A stretch of 63,215 nucleotides of DNA, counting the filler. It is 4 parts of 4 records of this genome, joined end to end, with 100 filler letters (N's around TTAATTAATTAA, not from the genome) between each part and the next. Parts side by side here need not be neighbours in the genome. Positions count along the whole stretch, not along the records: positions 47,887 to 56,726 come from SRR20825006_893; positions 56,827 to 63,215 come from SRR20825006_914; 2 more parts are not named here. The stretch is one strand, 5' to 3'. Made by a program: the position numbers and the translations under genes. Below the pieces are notes generated by a model that did no database searches, had not been told where the DNA came from, and saw only the letters and a list, made by a program, of their open reading frames with translations. Numbering within the stretch: position 1 is the stretch's first letter; the number at the start of each line of letters is the position of its first letter. Positions 48,544 to 59,130 of this stretch are shown piece by piece.

Positions 48544-50319
48544 ATGTCTAAGTATTTAACTGCAATAAATTTACCAGAAGACCTTAGGGAACTTCAACCA
48601 AATGCACTCCCACAAGTTGCAAAAGAATTACGTGAATTTATTATTGATGTTGTTGCAACCAAAGAAGGGCACTTAGGTGCAAGTCTTGGCGTGGTGGAGC
48701 TTACCATTGCTTTGCATTATGCATTTAACACACCACAAGATCTACTTGTTTGGGATGTAGGCCATCAAGCCTACGGACATAAAATTTTAACTGGAAGAAA
48801 AGAGGTTTTTCACACCAATAGACAAATAGGTGGCATAAGTGGCTTCCCAAAGCGTAGTGAAAGTGTATATGATACATTTGGTGTAGGACATAGCTCAACA
48901 GCTATATCTGCAGCATTGGGTATGGCTATTGCTTCAAATCTTAAAGGTGATTTTGAAAAACAACATATTGCAGTTGTAGGAGATGCTTCTATAGCTAGCG
49001 GCATGGCTTTTGAAGGCTTAAATCATGCTGGTGTTACTAATGCAAATTTATTAGTAATCTTAAATGATAATGCAATAGGTATTGACCCTAGCGTAGGTGC
49101 TTTAAAAAATTACTTAACAAGAGCTACAGTTGGTAAAAAACCTAAACAAGATAATATTATTGAAGCTTTAAACTTTAATTATCATGGCCCTATAGACGGT
49201 CATGATATTGATGCTTTATTAACTGCTTTTGAAACACTAAAAAAGAAAAAAGGACCTAAATTTCTTCACGTAATTACAACCAAAGGCAAAGGCCTAAAAC
49301 AAGCAGAAGAAGACCAAGTTAAATATCATGCGCCAGGAAAGTTTGATAAGTATACTGGAGACTTGCTCCCAAAAGACGATGCTATCTTACCTCCAAAATA
49401 TCAAGATGTCTTTGGACTTACTTTAGTAGAGTTAGCCAAAGAAAATTTAAAAATTATAGGGATTACTCCAGCAATGCCTACAGGCAGTTCTTTAAAGTAT
49501 ATGATGACAGCCTTCCCAGATCGTGCTTTTGATGTAGGCATTGCAGAGCAACACGCTGTTACGCTTTCTGCAGGAATGGCAACACAAGGATTTATTGTCT
49601 TTTGCAATATATATTCAACATTTTTACAAAGAGCGTATGACCAAGTTATACATGATGTGGCTTTGCAAAAGCTGCCAGTTGTGTTCTGCTTAGACAGGTC
49701 TGGACTTGTAGGAGAAGATGGTGCTACACATCACGGTGTTTTTGATTTAGCTTATTTAAGAGCTGTTCCAAATCTTATAATTTTTGCTCCTAGAAACGAA
49801 ATTGAGCTTAGACAAGTATTATATACTGCATCCTTAGGTCTAGACCTACCAATTGCAATAAGATACCCTAGAGGAAGAGGAAATACATTAGACTGGAAAA
49901 CAGAATTTAATCCGATCTCTATCGGTAAAGGTGTTCAGCTTAAAAAAGGTAAAACAATTGCTATACTTTCAATTGGAGCTATTGCTACGCAGGTTACCAA
50001 GGCTATTTCTAGTTTAAATGAAAACCATAAAGCTGCCGTTGGTCATTATGACTTACGTTTTGTAAAACCTTTAGATGAAACGTTACTACATTCCATTTTT
50101 AAAAGTTACGACTCTTTGGTAACTATTGAAGACGGTACAATTTCGGGTGGTTTTGGCTCTGCCATCTTAGAGTTTGCAAACGAGCATTCTTACAATACTA
50201 ATATTAAAGTTTTAGGTGTTCCAGACACTTTTATACATCATGGAAAAGTAGAAGAGCTATATGCACTTTGTGGTCTAACACCACATCATATTAAAGAAAA
50301 CATACTTTCTTTATTATAA
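48544..50319 (+). CDS. dxs: 1-deoxy-D-xylulose-5-phosphate synthase
   Basis: GHLGASLG, WDVGHQAY, GDASI, DVGIAEQHA and GEDGATHHG motifs. Confidence 0.96.
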   Translation: MSKYLTAINLPEDLRELQPNALPQVAKELREFIIDVVATKEGHLGASLGVVELTIALHYAFNTPQDLLVWDVGHQAYGHKILTGRKEVFHTNRQIGGISGFPKRSESVYDTFGVGHSSTAISAALGMAIASNLKGDFEKQHIAVVGDASIASGMAFEGLNHAGVTNANLLVILNDNAIGIDPSVGALKNYLTRATVGKKPKQDNIIEALNFNYHGPIDGHDIDALLTAFETLKKKKGPKFLHVITTKGKGLKQAEEDQVKYHAPGKFDKYTGDLLPKDDAILPPKYQDVFGLTLVELAKENLKIIGITPAMPTGSSLKYMMTAFPDRAFDVGIAEQHAVTLSAGMATQGFIVFCNIYSTFLQRAYDQVIHDVALQKLPVVFCLDRSGLVGEDGATHHGVFDLAYLRAVPNLIIFAPRNEIELRQVLYTASLGLDLPIAIRYPRGRGNTLDWKTEFNPISIGKGVQLKKGKTIAILSIGAIATQVTKAISSLNENHKAAVGHYDLRFVKPLDETLLHSIFKSYDSLVTIEDGTISGGFGSAILEFANEHSYNTNIKVLGVPDTFIHHGKVEELYALCGLTPHHIKENILSLL

Positions 50320-50353
50320 AAAAAGAGGAAAGCATTACACTTTCCTCTTTTTA
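50318..50353. terminator. Bidirectional terminator between dxs and the M36 gene
   Basis: AAAAAGAGGAAAG / CTTTCCTCTTTTT. Confidence 0.8.
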
Positions 50354-50373
50354 AAACTAAACTATCAAACTAC

Positions 50374-53181
50374 TTACTTAATTACTAATTTTTGAGTGTG
50401 TACAGAGCTTTCTGTACTAACTTTAATAACATAAATACCAGCTGTTAACTGTGTAGCATTTACATTACCAGTATTTGTAAGGTCTATCTGAGTATTTAAA
50501 ACTCTACGACCATTAATATCAAACATTTCAACTTTAGCTAAGCCGTTGTTTTTGTTTGAATTAATATTTATGTTTCCGTTAGAAGGATTAGGGTATATTG
50601 CAAAAATTGTAGTATCAACATCATTAGTAGCTAATACCGCATCACAATCTGTTCCTAGCGGGTCACTTATTGTAAAGTCTTCAACTTGGTCCATTCTGCT
50701 ATTTGCAGCACCTTGTAATGCTAATGCTCCTACACCACGATCTGCGAATGCTTTTCTAATTAAACATTCGTTTACACCATCATATAACATTTGGTCTGCA
50801 TCTAAAATAGCATCTCTACCTGTTACAAAACCTGGTTGTGCACAAGGCAATAGTTTAAGACCATCCATTACGAGTTGCATAGCCATATTGTTACCACCAG
50901 TACCATTGTAGATATCTGCATCAAAACCATATTCATCTATAAATGCCCAATACATATCCCAAAGAATTGTAGACCAAACAAATCCAACACCATGCGGTAC
51001 AGTTATTTCATCGTTCGGAAGATCTCCATAGGTATAATCGTTTACTGCAAAATCTGTAGAGTAACGTGCTGGTCTAATACCAGAGCCTAATTGGTCTTGT
51101 CCTAAAACATATGTACCAATACCTCTAGGTTGTACTGCTGTATCATCTAATTCTTGTGTCATAACTAATGCAAACCAGTCACTCCAACCTTCACCCATTT
51201 GCTCTTCAACAGCTAAGCTTAAAAGACATAATGATTGGTCTCTACCTCCAACTAATCGAGTAGAAATACCGTGACCATATTCGTGAGCTATAATACCTTG
51301 ATCTACATCACCATCTTTCATAACAGTTGCAGATAATGGTCCTCTGTCAATAACACGACCATCTACTGTACCACCAGCATCAATTATATCGATAATAGCA
51401 TCTCCTTGTACTTGTCCAATTGAGATAGCAGGTATTGTAATAGGTTCATCTGGTGTACCACCACCATTAACAGGACCTTCACCTTCAACATTGTTAACTA
51501 TAATACAAGCAATAGCACCAGCATTTTGAGCACGTCTAATTTTTGTAGCAAAGGCACAAACACCTCTTCTTACAATTGCAATGTTACCGTCTATATCTGC
51601 TGCATTTAAGTATGCAGTACAACCATCATTAGATTCTGTACTAGCGCCAGGTGTACCACCATCATCTCCTAAGTATGGAGTACCATCATCTTGCACTACT
51701 ACGATATTAGCTCTAATTTGATCTTCACCATTTTCAATTCTTGGAATATCAACAAAAGGAAAACGAGATGCGAAATATGAACCTTCTACATCTGTAGGAG
51801 AGATTACTTCTAAAAAATCGCCAAATGGCGCAGCTCCCCATAAGAACATTTGCATTCTAGGATTAGAACCATCCATTGAGGTTGCCATGTTTGCATTGTT
51901 TAACGTTGGTGCTGCTAGCTCACTACCATCTTGGGCTTCAGCATTAACTGAATCTCCATCTGGTCCAAATGCACTACCATCATCTACAAAACGACCATAA
52001 TTTGCTTCTTGAAAGTTTCCACTAGATTCATCAAAACCGTAGTTGTACCAAACATCATGCATATAGTTGTTCCACACAAATAAGTTTGTAATAACAGCAG
52101 GTCTGTATTCTGACGGTTCTAAACTAAAATCAATTTCATCATCAAATAATAAGTTTGCTCCACCATCTACAAATACTTCTGGGCCAGTAGGCGCATCATT
52201 ATCCATTGTATCTAAGTAAGCTGAAACGTTGTTTCCTTGTGTAGTTGTAAATTCTGCACCTGCCATACCATCAACATCATGCCATCCAAAAGGAGAAGGC
52301 ACTAAACCATCTAAATCTGGGGTTACAGCTGAAGGGTCATTTAATATTACGCGATCACCATGTAATGGAGACTCTACACGTAGTGGATAGGCATTATAAA
52401 TTGCACCGTCTGAAACTAATGCAGATGAAGCAGAAGCACTAAATGGTGAAATCTTAGAGTAAGAATCTACCAAATTAGATTGTCCATTTTTCTCTACTGT
52501 ATGAGAATGAGATTTATGGTTGTTTATTACAGCATCTGTTTCGTAAGGAAGGTCGAAATTACAAGTAATAGTCATATTCACTTTATTTAAAAGTTGACCA
52601 TTGCTCGCGTTTACCTTTGCATTCCACCAAGCACCTTTAGGATCTTTTACTATAACCTCATAGGTTAGTATATACCTGTCATTATCTGAAATTTCGTAAT
52701 AAAGTGGTGCTTCATAGTTAGTATCTGTAGCATTTTCTATTAATAAATCTTCACGAGATTTATAGTCTGTTACCATTACATTTGATTCACCTTGAAGGCC
52801 TAAATGATTTGCAGCAGAATTTACTGCTTGTACCGGAGAAAGGCTTGCTGAAGAAATATCTGTTTTTGCTGATAGGTCTGAAACAAAACCGTGCTTAAAG
52901 CTAAGCACTTCGCCATTTTTAATAACAACTGTTGCACTAGCACCAGAAACATTTACATTATTTATACGTTGTAATAAGTAAACAACTTTTACTTCTTTGT
53001 TTGAAAGAGTTGTTGCACTAGTAATTGTAAATTCTGAAACATCTGACGAATTTAATCCTAGTGAAGGAGCATTTTTAGCTAAATAAGAGCTAATGATACT
53101 TTGATTATCCTGAGCAGTACCTATAAAGGATACTAAGGCTAAAAAAAGCACCATAAAACTTGATGTGTACTTGTTTTTCAT
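50374..53181 (-). CDS. T9SS-secreted M36 (fungalysin) metallopeptidase with PA domain, paralog 1
   Basis: Signal peptide, propeptide, YGFDESSGNFQ, PA insert RRGVCAF, HEYGH...MGEGWSD, and CTD YPNP...GIY...QKLVIK. Confidence 0.92.
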   Translation of the reverse strand: MKNKYTSSFMVLFLALVSFIGTAQDNQSIISSYLAKNAPSLGLNSSDVSEFTITSATTLSNKEVKVVYLLQRINNVNVSGASATVVIKNGEVLSFKHGFVSDLSAKTDISSASLSPVQAVNSAANHLGLQGESNVMVTDYKSREDLLIENATDTNYEAPLYYEISDNDRYILTYEVIVKDPKGAWWNAKVNASNGQLLNKVNMTITCNFDLPYETDAVINNHKSHSHTVEKNGQSNLVDSYSKISPFSASASSALVSDGAIYNAYPLRVESPLHGDRVILNDPSAVTPDLDGLVPSPFGWHDVDGMAGAEFTTTQGNNVSAYLDTMDNDAPTGPEVFVDGGANLLFDDEIDFSLEPSEYRPAVITNLFVWNNYMHDVWYNYGFDESSGNFQEANYGRFVDDGSAFGPDGDSVNAEAQDGSELAAPTLNNANMATSMDGSNPRMQMFLWGAAPFGDFLEVISPTDVEGSYFASRFPFVDIPRIENGEDQIRANIVVVQDDGTPYLGDDGGTPGASTESNDGCTAYLNAADIDGNIAIVRRGVCAFATKIRRAQNAGAIACIIVNNVEGEGPVNGGGTPDEPITIPAISIGQVQGDAIIDIIDAGGTVDGRVIDRGPLSATVMKDGDVDQGIIAHEYGHGISTRLVGGRDQSLCLLSLAVEEQMGEGWSDWFALVMTQELDDTAVQPRGIGTYVLGQDQLGSGIRPARYSTDFAVNDYTYGDLPNDEITVPHGVGFVWSTILWDMYWAFIDEYGFDADIYNGTGGNNMAMQLVMDGLKLLPCAQPGFVTGRDAILDADQMLYDGVNECLIRKAFADRGVGALALQGAANSRMDQVEDFTISDPLGTDCDAVLATNDVDTTIFAIYPNPSNGNININSNKNNGLAKVEMFDINGRRVLNTQIDLTNTGNVNATQLTAGIYVIKVSTESSVHTQKLVIK

Positions 53182-53478
53182 ATTATGTATTTTTTAAGTA
53201 AAATAGTTTCTAAATCATGACAAATTGCATGATATTAGATAGCGAACATAATAAATGAGTCGTAAAGTTTAATTTATCCTTATTCTTTTGTTACTACTTT
53301 AACTTTATGAAAATCAACAATGTAATTTTAGCTATAATTTTTGCATTTCAACCTTTTAAGTCCTACACAGAATTTCGCAATTCTCTACCATAGCTGTCTT
53401 TTGTTAGGCAATAAACACCTAGACTAGCTCAACAACAAACTATTAGTAACGTCACCTTAAAATACTTGTAGTATTAAT

Positions 53479-53515
53479 AAAAAAAAGCAGAGCTATTATA
53501 AAATAGCTCTGCTTT
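53479..53515 (-). terminator. Intrinsic terminator between the two M36 genes
   Basis: AAAGCAGAGCTATT / AATAGCTCTGCTTT with a minus-strand U-tract. Confidence 0.82.
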
Positions 53516-53550
53516 AATATGAATATGAATTTTGGTTAAACCTTTACGGC

Positions 53551-56214
53551 TTACTCAATAATTACTTTCTGAGAATATGTTTTGTTATTAGACTCTAAAG
53601 AAAGAATATAAACCCCATTAGAAATAGAAGATACATCTATAGAAGTTGTACTTGCTGTTCCTATTTTAGTTTTAAGAACTTGTCTTCCTTGAAGGTCTGT
53701 TAAACTAACATTTACATCATTAGCTAACGTTTTGTTTAGGCTAATGTTTATAACATTTGTTGCTGGATTAGGATATACTTTAAATTGACTAAGTGTATTC
53801 TCTGCAACAGAAAGGTTAGAACAATCTAAAACATTAGTAGGAGGCATATCAAATGCTTCAACTTGGTCTGTTCTACTAAAGTTACTTCCCTGTTCTGCAC
53901 TAAATCCTAAACCTCTTTGTGCAAATGCAGTATAAATTAAACATTGGTTTGCACCTCCATTTACAGCCATATCTGCAGCTAATATTGCATCTCTACCATC
54001 TATAAATCCAGGATTACAAGATTGCATCTTAAGACCATCTATAACTAATTGCATCGCAATATTGTTACCACCAGTACCATTATACAGGTCTGCATCATAA
54101 CCATACTCATCGATTAATGCCCAAGTCATATCCCAAAGCATTGTTGCCCATACGAAACCTACACCGTGTGGCACAGAAACTTGAGCTTCATTATTTGTAT
54201 CTGCATAAGTAAAGTCGTTTATAGCAAAGCTTGTAGAATAAGGTGCATTTCTAATACCAACACCATCTATTTCCTGTCCTGTTACATATGTACCAATACC
54301 TCTAATATCTTCTGGTTGATCTCCAGGCTTAAGTGTTAACATAAGACCGAAGAAATCACTCCAACCTTCACCCATTTGTTCTGGGTTACCTAAACAAGAT
54401 GCTGCACTTGGACCACCAGTTAATCTGTTAGAAATTCCGTGACCGTACTCGTGTGCTACAACACCATTGTCAAAATCTCCATCTATACGTTGAGATGGTT
54501 GCGATAATAATTGACCATCAACTGCATTAGATGTTTGCAACTGTGTAAATATTGGATCTCCATTTTCTTTAGAGATAAATACAGAAGGAATGTTAATAGT
54601 ATTATCTGTACCAGCCATGTTAACTAAAGGATCATTTGCAACGTTATTAACTATAATAACAGCAATTGCTCCAGCATCTTGAGCGTTTTTAACCTTAGAT
54701 ACAAAAGGACAAGTTCCTCTTCTAATAATAGCAATATTACCATTAACCTCAGCAACATTTGTTATTACTCCACAACCGTCATTTGCATCTGTGTTAGATG
54801 TTTCTAATGGATTACCAAAATTATCTGTTTCAGTTGATGTCATATCTGTAGTAAATACGATATCTGAAATTATTGGAGTATCTGATAAACCAGAACCAAA
54901 ATATAATGGCTCTGTAGCTTCGTAAGCTCCAGCAATACTACTTGGATTGTTTATTGTTAAAGGTGCTCCAACTGGGCCAGTTGCAGACCATAAAAACATT
55001 TGCATTCTTGGGTTTCCGCCATCTGGTGGTGTTCCAAAGTTTGCATTGTTTAATGAAAAGCCATCTTGTGCATCTGCATTTACATAATCTGATCCTGAAC
55101 CTCCATTACCATAATTATTTTCTTGGAAGTTACCACTCGCTTCATCAAAACCGTATTGGTACCAAATGTCATGCATTAAGTTATTCCAAAAGAAAAGGTT
55201 TGTTATTGCAAAATCTGTAGTAGCTAAAGGGTTAAGGTCTGTGTTCGTATTGTAACCAGAAAAATCTAAAGTTGCACCACCGTCTGGAGAATATCCGTTT
55301 GGAGCATCATCTGCATCTTTATCATCTTGTGCCCAAACATTGTTTCCTCTTGTAATAGTATATTCTGGACCAGCAACACCATTAATGTCATGCCATCCAA
55401 AAGGAGAAGCATTAGCAGCAGCAGGTTCAGATACTATTTGAGAAGCACCGTGGTTAGGAGATTCTATTAACAACGGAAACACCTCATATTGAGAACCATC
55501 TACCATCATTGTGTTTTCAGCATAACCAAATGCATTTGTGTGATTGTGAGCCTTATGAGAAATTGGCGCGTCTGATGTTTTTGCATCACTTTCAAAATTA
55601 CAAGACACAATCCAATCATTCTTAGAAATAACTTCTCCTGTTTGAGCGTCTACTCTTACGTTCCACCAGTGGTCGCCTTTAACAGTTAAGATTGTTACCT
55701 CATAAGCTAACCTAAGATCATTATTAGCTGTTGGTTGGTATACTAGTTTTACAGGGATGTCTTCTTGAGAAATACTTCCTGAATTAAAAAGTACGCCACC
55801 ATCTATACTACCTATTATTTCTAAGCCAGAAGGTACATTGATTTCTAAACCTTGTGCAGCTTTAGAAATTGAAGCCTCTGTATTAAAACTAGGAGCACTA
55901 GTATTTGTTAATGAGTTAATATTTGCAATAAGACTATTACCAACAAAAATTACAGAGCTGTCTTTAATAGTTACTGTTGCAAAAGCATTAAAAACAGGAA
56001 TTTCATTTACGGTTTGTTGTACAACAACGTGTTGTAAACCTGTTTTCTGTGTTTCATAATCAGAAACAATCTTAATGTTTTGAACGTCTTCTAGAGTGAC
56101 CCCTAAAGATTCATGTGTTCTTTCTAGATAGTTTTGAATAAGTGTTTCTGTGGTTTGTGCATTTAAGCCTACAAAGCTTAAACAGCATAAAAATAATAGT
56201 AGTTTCAATTTCAT
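53551..56214 (-). CDS. T9SS-secreted M36 metallopeptidase with PA domain, paralog 2
   Basis: Signal peptide, YGFDEASGNFQ, RRGTCPF, HEYGH...MGEGWSD, and CTD YPNPAT...GVY...KVIIE. Confidence 0.92.
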   Translation of the reverse strand: MKLKLLLFLCCLSFVGLNAQTTETLIQNYLERTHESLGVTLEDVQNIKIVSDYETQKTGLQHVVVQQTVNEIPVFNAFATVTIKDSSVIFVGNSLIANINSLTNTSAPSFNTEASISKAAQGLEINVPSGLEIIGSIDGGVLFNSGSISQEDIPVKLVYQPTANNDLRLAYEVTILTVKGDHWWNVRVDAQTGEVISKNDWIVSCNFESDAKTSDAPISHKAHNHTNAFGYAENTMMVDGSQYEVFPLLIESPNHGASQIVSEPAAANASPFGWHDINGVAGPEYTITRGNNVWAQDDKDADDAPNGYSPDGGATLDFSGYNTNTDLNPLATTDFAITNLFFWNNLMHDIWYQYGFDEASGNFQENNYGNGGSGSDYVNADAQDGFSLNNANFGTPPDGGNPRMQMFLWSATGPVGAPLTINNPSSIAGAYEATEPLYFGSGLSDTPIISDIVFTTDMTSTETDNFGNPLETSNTDANDGCGVITNVAEVNGNIAIIRRGTCPFVSKVKNAQDAGAIAVIIVNNVANDPLVNMAGTDNTINIPSVFISKENGDPIFTQLQTSNAVDGQLLSQPSQRIDGDFDNGVVAHEYGHGISNRLTGGPSAASCLGNPEQMGEGWSDFFGLMLTLKPGDQPEDIRGIGTYVTGQEIDGVGIRNAPYSTSFAINDFTYADTNNEAQVSVPHGVGFVWATMLWDMTWALIDEYGYDADLYNGTGGNNIAMQLVIDGLKMQSCNPGFIDGRDAILAADMAVNGGANQCLIYTAFAQRGLGFSAEQGSNFSRTDQVEAFDMPPTNVLDCSNLSVAENTLSQFKVYPNPATNVINISLNKTLANDVNVSLTDLQGRQVLKTKIGTASTTSIDVSSISNGVYILSLESNNKTYSQKVIIE

Positions 56215-56314
56215 ATTGGGTGTTTTAAACTTAAAAAATAGCGAGTTGTCGAAAATAGTAATTTTTTCTTAATAAATAATTAACTAAATAACTAATATTT
56301 AGATTATTCGATAT

Positions 56315-56726
56315 CTATAACATGCCCTTAATTTTCTGGTAAATTCTAAGGGCTTCACTGTCTGAATAAGAGGCTACAAGTGAAGAAATTTCAATTAAAA
56401 TAGAATAATCATCTTGATTTAAGTCGAATTCTTTAAGAAAACCTTTCAAAATCAATGAATTAAAATTTGTATTTGTGTTGTTTTTCTTACTAAACACGGC
56501 ATCTGTATAAACTTCCAATAATGTTCCGATTACTTGGTAGCCCAATATCTCCTTCTCTAAGACGTCTTGAGATTGATATACATTGTTAATGCTAATTTTT
56601 ATAATATCATCTATTTGTGCCGTGTACTGTGACTTATCTAATAATGCAGAACTAAAGTCACCTTTAAGTATAGCTTCTTCATTTGCAATAAAAATTGAAG
56701 CTGCCTCTTCAATAAGCACTCCAATA
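56315..56726 (-). CDS. dgt: dGTP triphosphohydrolase, C-terminal part
   Basis: NEEAILKGDF, VYQSQDVLEKEILGY and terminal SDSEAL resemble Bacteroidota dGTPase C-termini; HD motif not in view. Confidence 0.65.
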
Positions 56727-56826
56727 NNNNNNNNNNNNNNNNNNNNNNNNNNNNNNNNNNNNNNNNNNNNTTAATTAATTAANNNNNNNNNNNNNNNNNN
56801 NNNNNNNNNNNNNNNNNNNNNNNNNN
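56727..56826. other. Artificial contig spacer
   Basis: N44-TTAATTAATTAA-N44; GC shifts back up. Confidence 0.98.
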
Positions 56827-57308
56827 GCTTTATCCGTGCCCGCATGGGTAACAAGTGGGTAGGTGCAAAGCGACAGTACTTCGTAAAATACAAATAACGT
56901 AAACAGGTTCTCGGCAAGGGCGACACCCATCACCGCGGCGATCGCCACAGCAAAACAGGCATAGAATCGTGTTTGATTCTGCTCGTTATGGCCGCGCATA
57001 TAACCGATGGCGTACACGACTGTCACAAACCACAGCGAGCTCGCTATTAGCGCAAACATCATCCCGAGGGGCTCGACATGGAAGGCGATCGTCAAGCCTG
57101 GCAATAGCTCCCACCACTGCGCGGCCAGCACGGTGCCCGCCTGCAACTGCTGAAAGAGGTTCACTGACAGCCAGGTCAACGCCGCGGCGGCAATGAGTGA
57201 TACCGCTTCACGCAGGTTTTGCTTGTTGCCAAACAATAAAATACCCGGCACGGCCAATACAGGCGTAAGAATCGTTAGACTGATCAACAGCTCTGTGGTC
57301 ATTGTCAT
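56827..57308 (-). CDS. Mrp antiporter MrpD/MrpA-type subunit, 3'-truncated
   Basis: NLFTLFVFYEVLSLCTYPLVTH (NuoL/M/N-like TM5 Glu). Confidence 0.85.
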
Positions 57309-58780
57309 TTGCCCCACCCCAACAGCGCTTGGGCCGCATCAGCCGTCACGGATACGGGTAGCGCCGTATCGATACCGAAATAAATATTGGCGACCACCAG
57401 CAACCAGAGCGGCAGCAATACACTGACGGGAGCTTCTGAAACCTGACTCGATGCCGGCGGGTCGCGGAAGTACATCACCTCCACAACGCGCCAAATGTAC
57501 ATAACGGCAAGTAAAGAGCCGACCAGTATCAGTGCCGCAACCGGCCACATGCCCATTTCCAGTGTCGCGATAACCAAATACCACTTGCTAATAAACCCGA
57601 CGGTCAGCGGCACGCCGATGAGGCTCAAACCACCGAGGACAAATGCCATTGCCGTCAGCGGCATACGCTGAGACAAGCCAGCCAAGTCATCCAGGCGTGT
57701 GCTGCCCATACGCAGCGCCACGGCTGCCAGGCTCATAAACAACGCACCTTTCATCAGCGCGTGGTTAAATAAATGCAGCAGGGTTGCCTGCAAGCCCGCC
57801 GCACTGCCGAGCCCCAAACCGATAATCATGTAACCGATCTGAGCGACACTTGAATAGGCGATCGCGCGCTTAATGTCGATCTGCAGGATTGCCACCAGCG
57901 ACGCGCTGAACACCGCAATCAAGCCCAGGGCAATAAATAGCTGATGAAGGGGTATATCCATGGCGCCGAAGTCGGCACCAAATACCGTAAAGCTAAAGCG
58001 AATTAGCAAGTACACCGCAACTTTCGTCGCTGTCGCCGCGAGAAATGCGGTAACTGCCGACGGGGCATAGGCATACGCATTGGGCAACCACAGGTGCAGT
58101 GGAAACAGCGCCAACTTCAAACACACACCAACAATCACAAAGGCATAGGCAGCGAAAACCGTGCGAGTGTCTGCAACAACAGGAAGGCGCTGTGCGAGGT
58201 CCTGCATATTGAGGGTGCCGGTCATCATGTACATGAGACCAATACCAATCAGGATAAAGGTGGCACCGATGGTGCCAACAATCAGGTATTGGTAACTGGC
58301 CCACAGCGCTTTGCGGTCACGACCTAAGGAGATTAGCGTGTAGGTCGACAGCGACGACACTTCCAGGAAGACGAAAACATTGAATGCATCGCCTGTTGCG
58401 AGAATGCCGAGTAAGCCGGCGAGGCATAACAACCACGACACGTAGAACAGTGTCTGTTTATTCGGCTCGACCTCTGCCGCCACGCTCTGACGGGTTCCCG
58501 CCAACACTACCGTGCTTAACGACGAGACGATCAGCAGTAAAAAGGCATTGAGCAGGTCTATGCGGTATTCGATCCCCCAGGGCGCTTCCCAGCCGCCGAG
58601 AAAATAGCTAACAGGCCCCTCTAACCAAACCTGTTGCAGCAACAGCATGCTAATGAGCATGGCGGCAGCACTGGTAGCAAAGCTAAACCCCCACGCCAGC
58701 GCCGGGCGACCAAGAATTAAGCACGAGGGCGCCGCAAGAAGCGGTAAAATAACCTGCAGTATGGGAAGGTGACTCAACAC
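57305..58780 (-). CDS. mrpD: Mrp Na+/H+ antiporter subunit D
   Basis: DAFNVFVFLEV, KLALFPLHLWLP, AYSSVAQIG and NHALMK motifs. Confidence 0.9.
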   Translation of the reverse strand: MLSHLPILQVILPLLAAPSCLILGRPALAWGFSFATSAAAMLISMLLLQQVWLEGPVSYFLGGWEAPWGIEYRIDLLNAFLLLIVSSLSTVVLAGTRQSVAAEVEPNKQTLFYVSWLLCLAGLLGILATGDAFNVFVFLEVSSLSTYTLISLGRDRKALWASYQYLIVGTIGATFILIGIGLMYMMTGTLNMQDLAQRLPVVADTRTVFAAYAFVIVGVCLKLALFPLHLWLPNAYAYAPSAVTAFLAATATKVAVYLLIRFSFTVFGADFGAMDIPLHQLFIALGLIAVFSASLVAILQIDIKRAIAYSSVAQIGYMIIGLGLGSAAGLQATLLHLFNHALMKGALFMSLAAVALRMGSTRLDDLAGLSQRMPLTAMAFVLGGLSLIGVPLTVGFISKWYLVIATLEMGMWPVAALILVGSLLAVMYIWRVVEVMYFRDPPASSQVSEAPVSVLLPLWLLVVANIYFGIDTALPVSVTADAAQALLGWGK

Positions 58781-59130
58781 TGATTCTGTTCCTGAATATC
58801 TTTTTCTTCCGCACTGCCGTATGCCTCGCGCAGGCGAATAATCAGCGCCAGCCCCAGTGCAGTGGTCGCAATGCCCACAACAATCGCAGTCAGAATTAAT
58901 ACGTGGGGCAGCGGGTTTGAGTAGACCGAAATCGCGTCATCCAAAATGGGAGCACTGCCGCCCGACACCTTGCCCGCGCTGATATACATAATGAACACCG
59001 AGGTCTGGAAGATGTTCAAACCCACCAGCTTTTTGACCAGATTGCCCTGGGCGATCACGATATAAAAACCAATCATCATCAACACCATCACAACCCAGTA
59101 GTTGTAATGAGTAAGCAGCATGTCAGTCAT
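58774..59130 (-). CDS. mrpC: Mrp antiporter subunit C
   Basis: NLVKKLVGL and NPLPHVLILTAIVV motifs. Confidence 0.92.
   Translation of the reverse strand: MTDMLLTHYNYWVVMVLMMIGFYIVIAQGNLVKKLVGLNIFQTSVFIMYISAGKVSGGSAPILDDAISVYSNPLPHVLILTAIVVGIATTALGLALIIRLREAYGSAEEKDIQEQNQC

Noticed and set aside
56315..56726. dGTPase as an anti-phage defence gene
   Set aside because: Only the C-terminus is visible and the context is housekeeping, with no defence-island neighbours
23940..56826. Three TTAATTAATTAA motifs inside N runs, with sharp GC shifts across them
   Set aside because: Identical 100-bp artificial linkers. The shifts reflect joined contigs from different organisms, not genomic islands, so no cross-spacer gene associations were considered.
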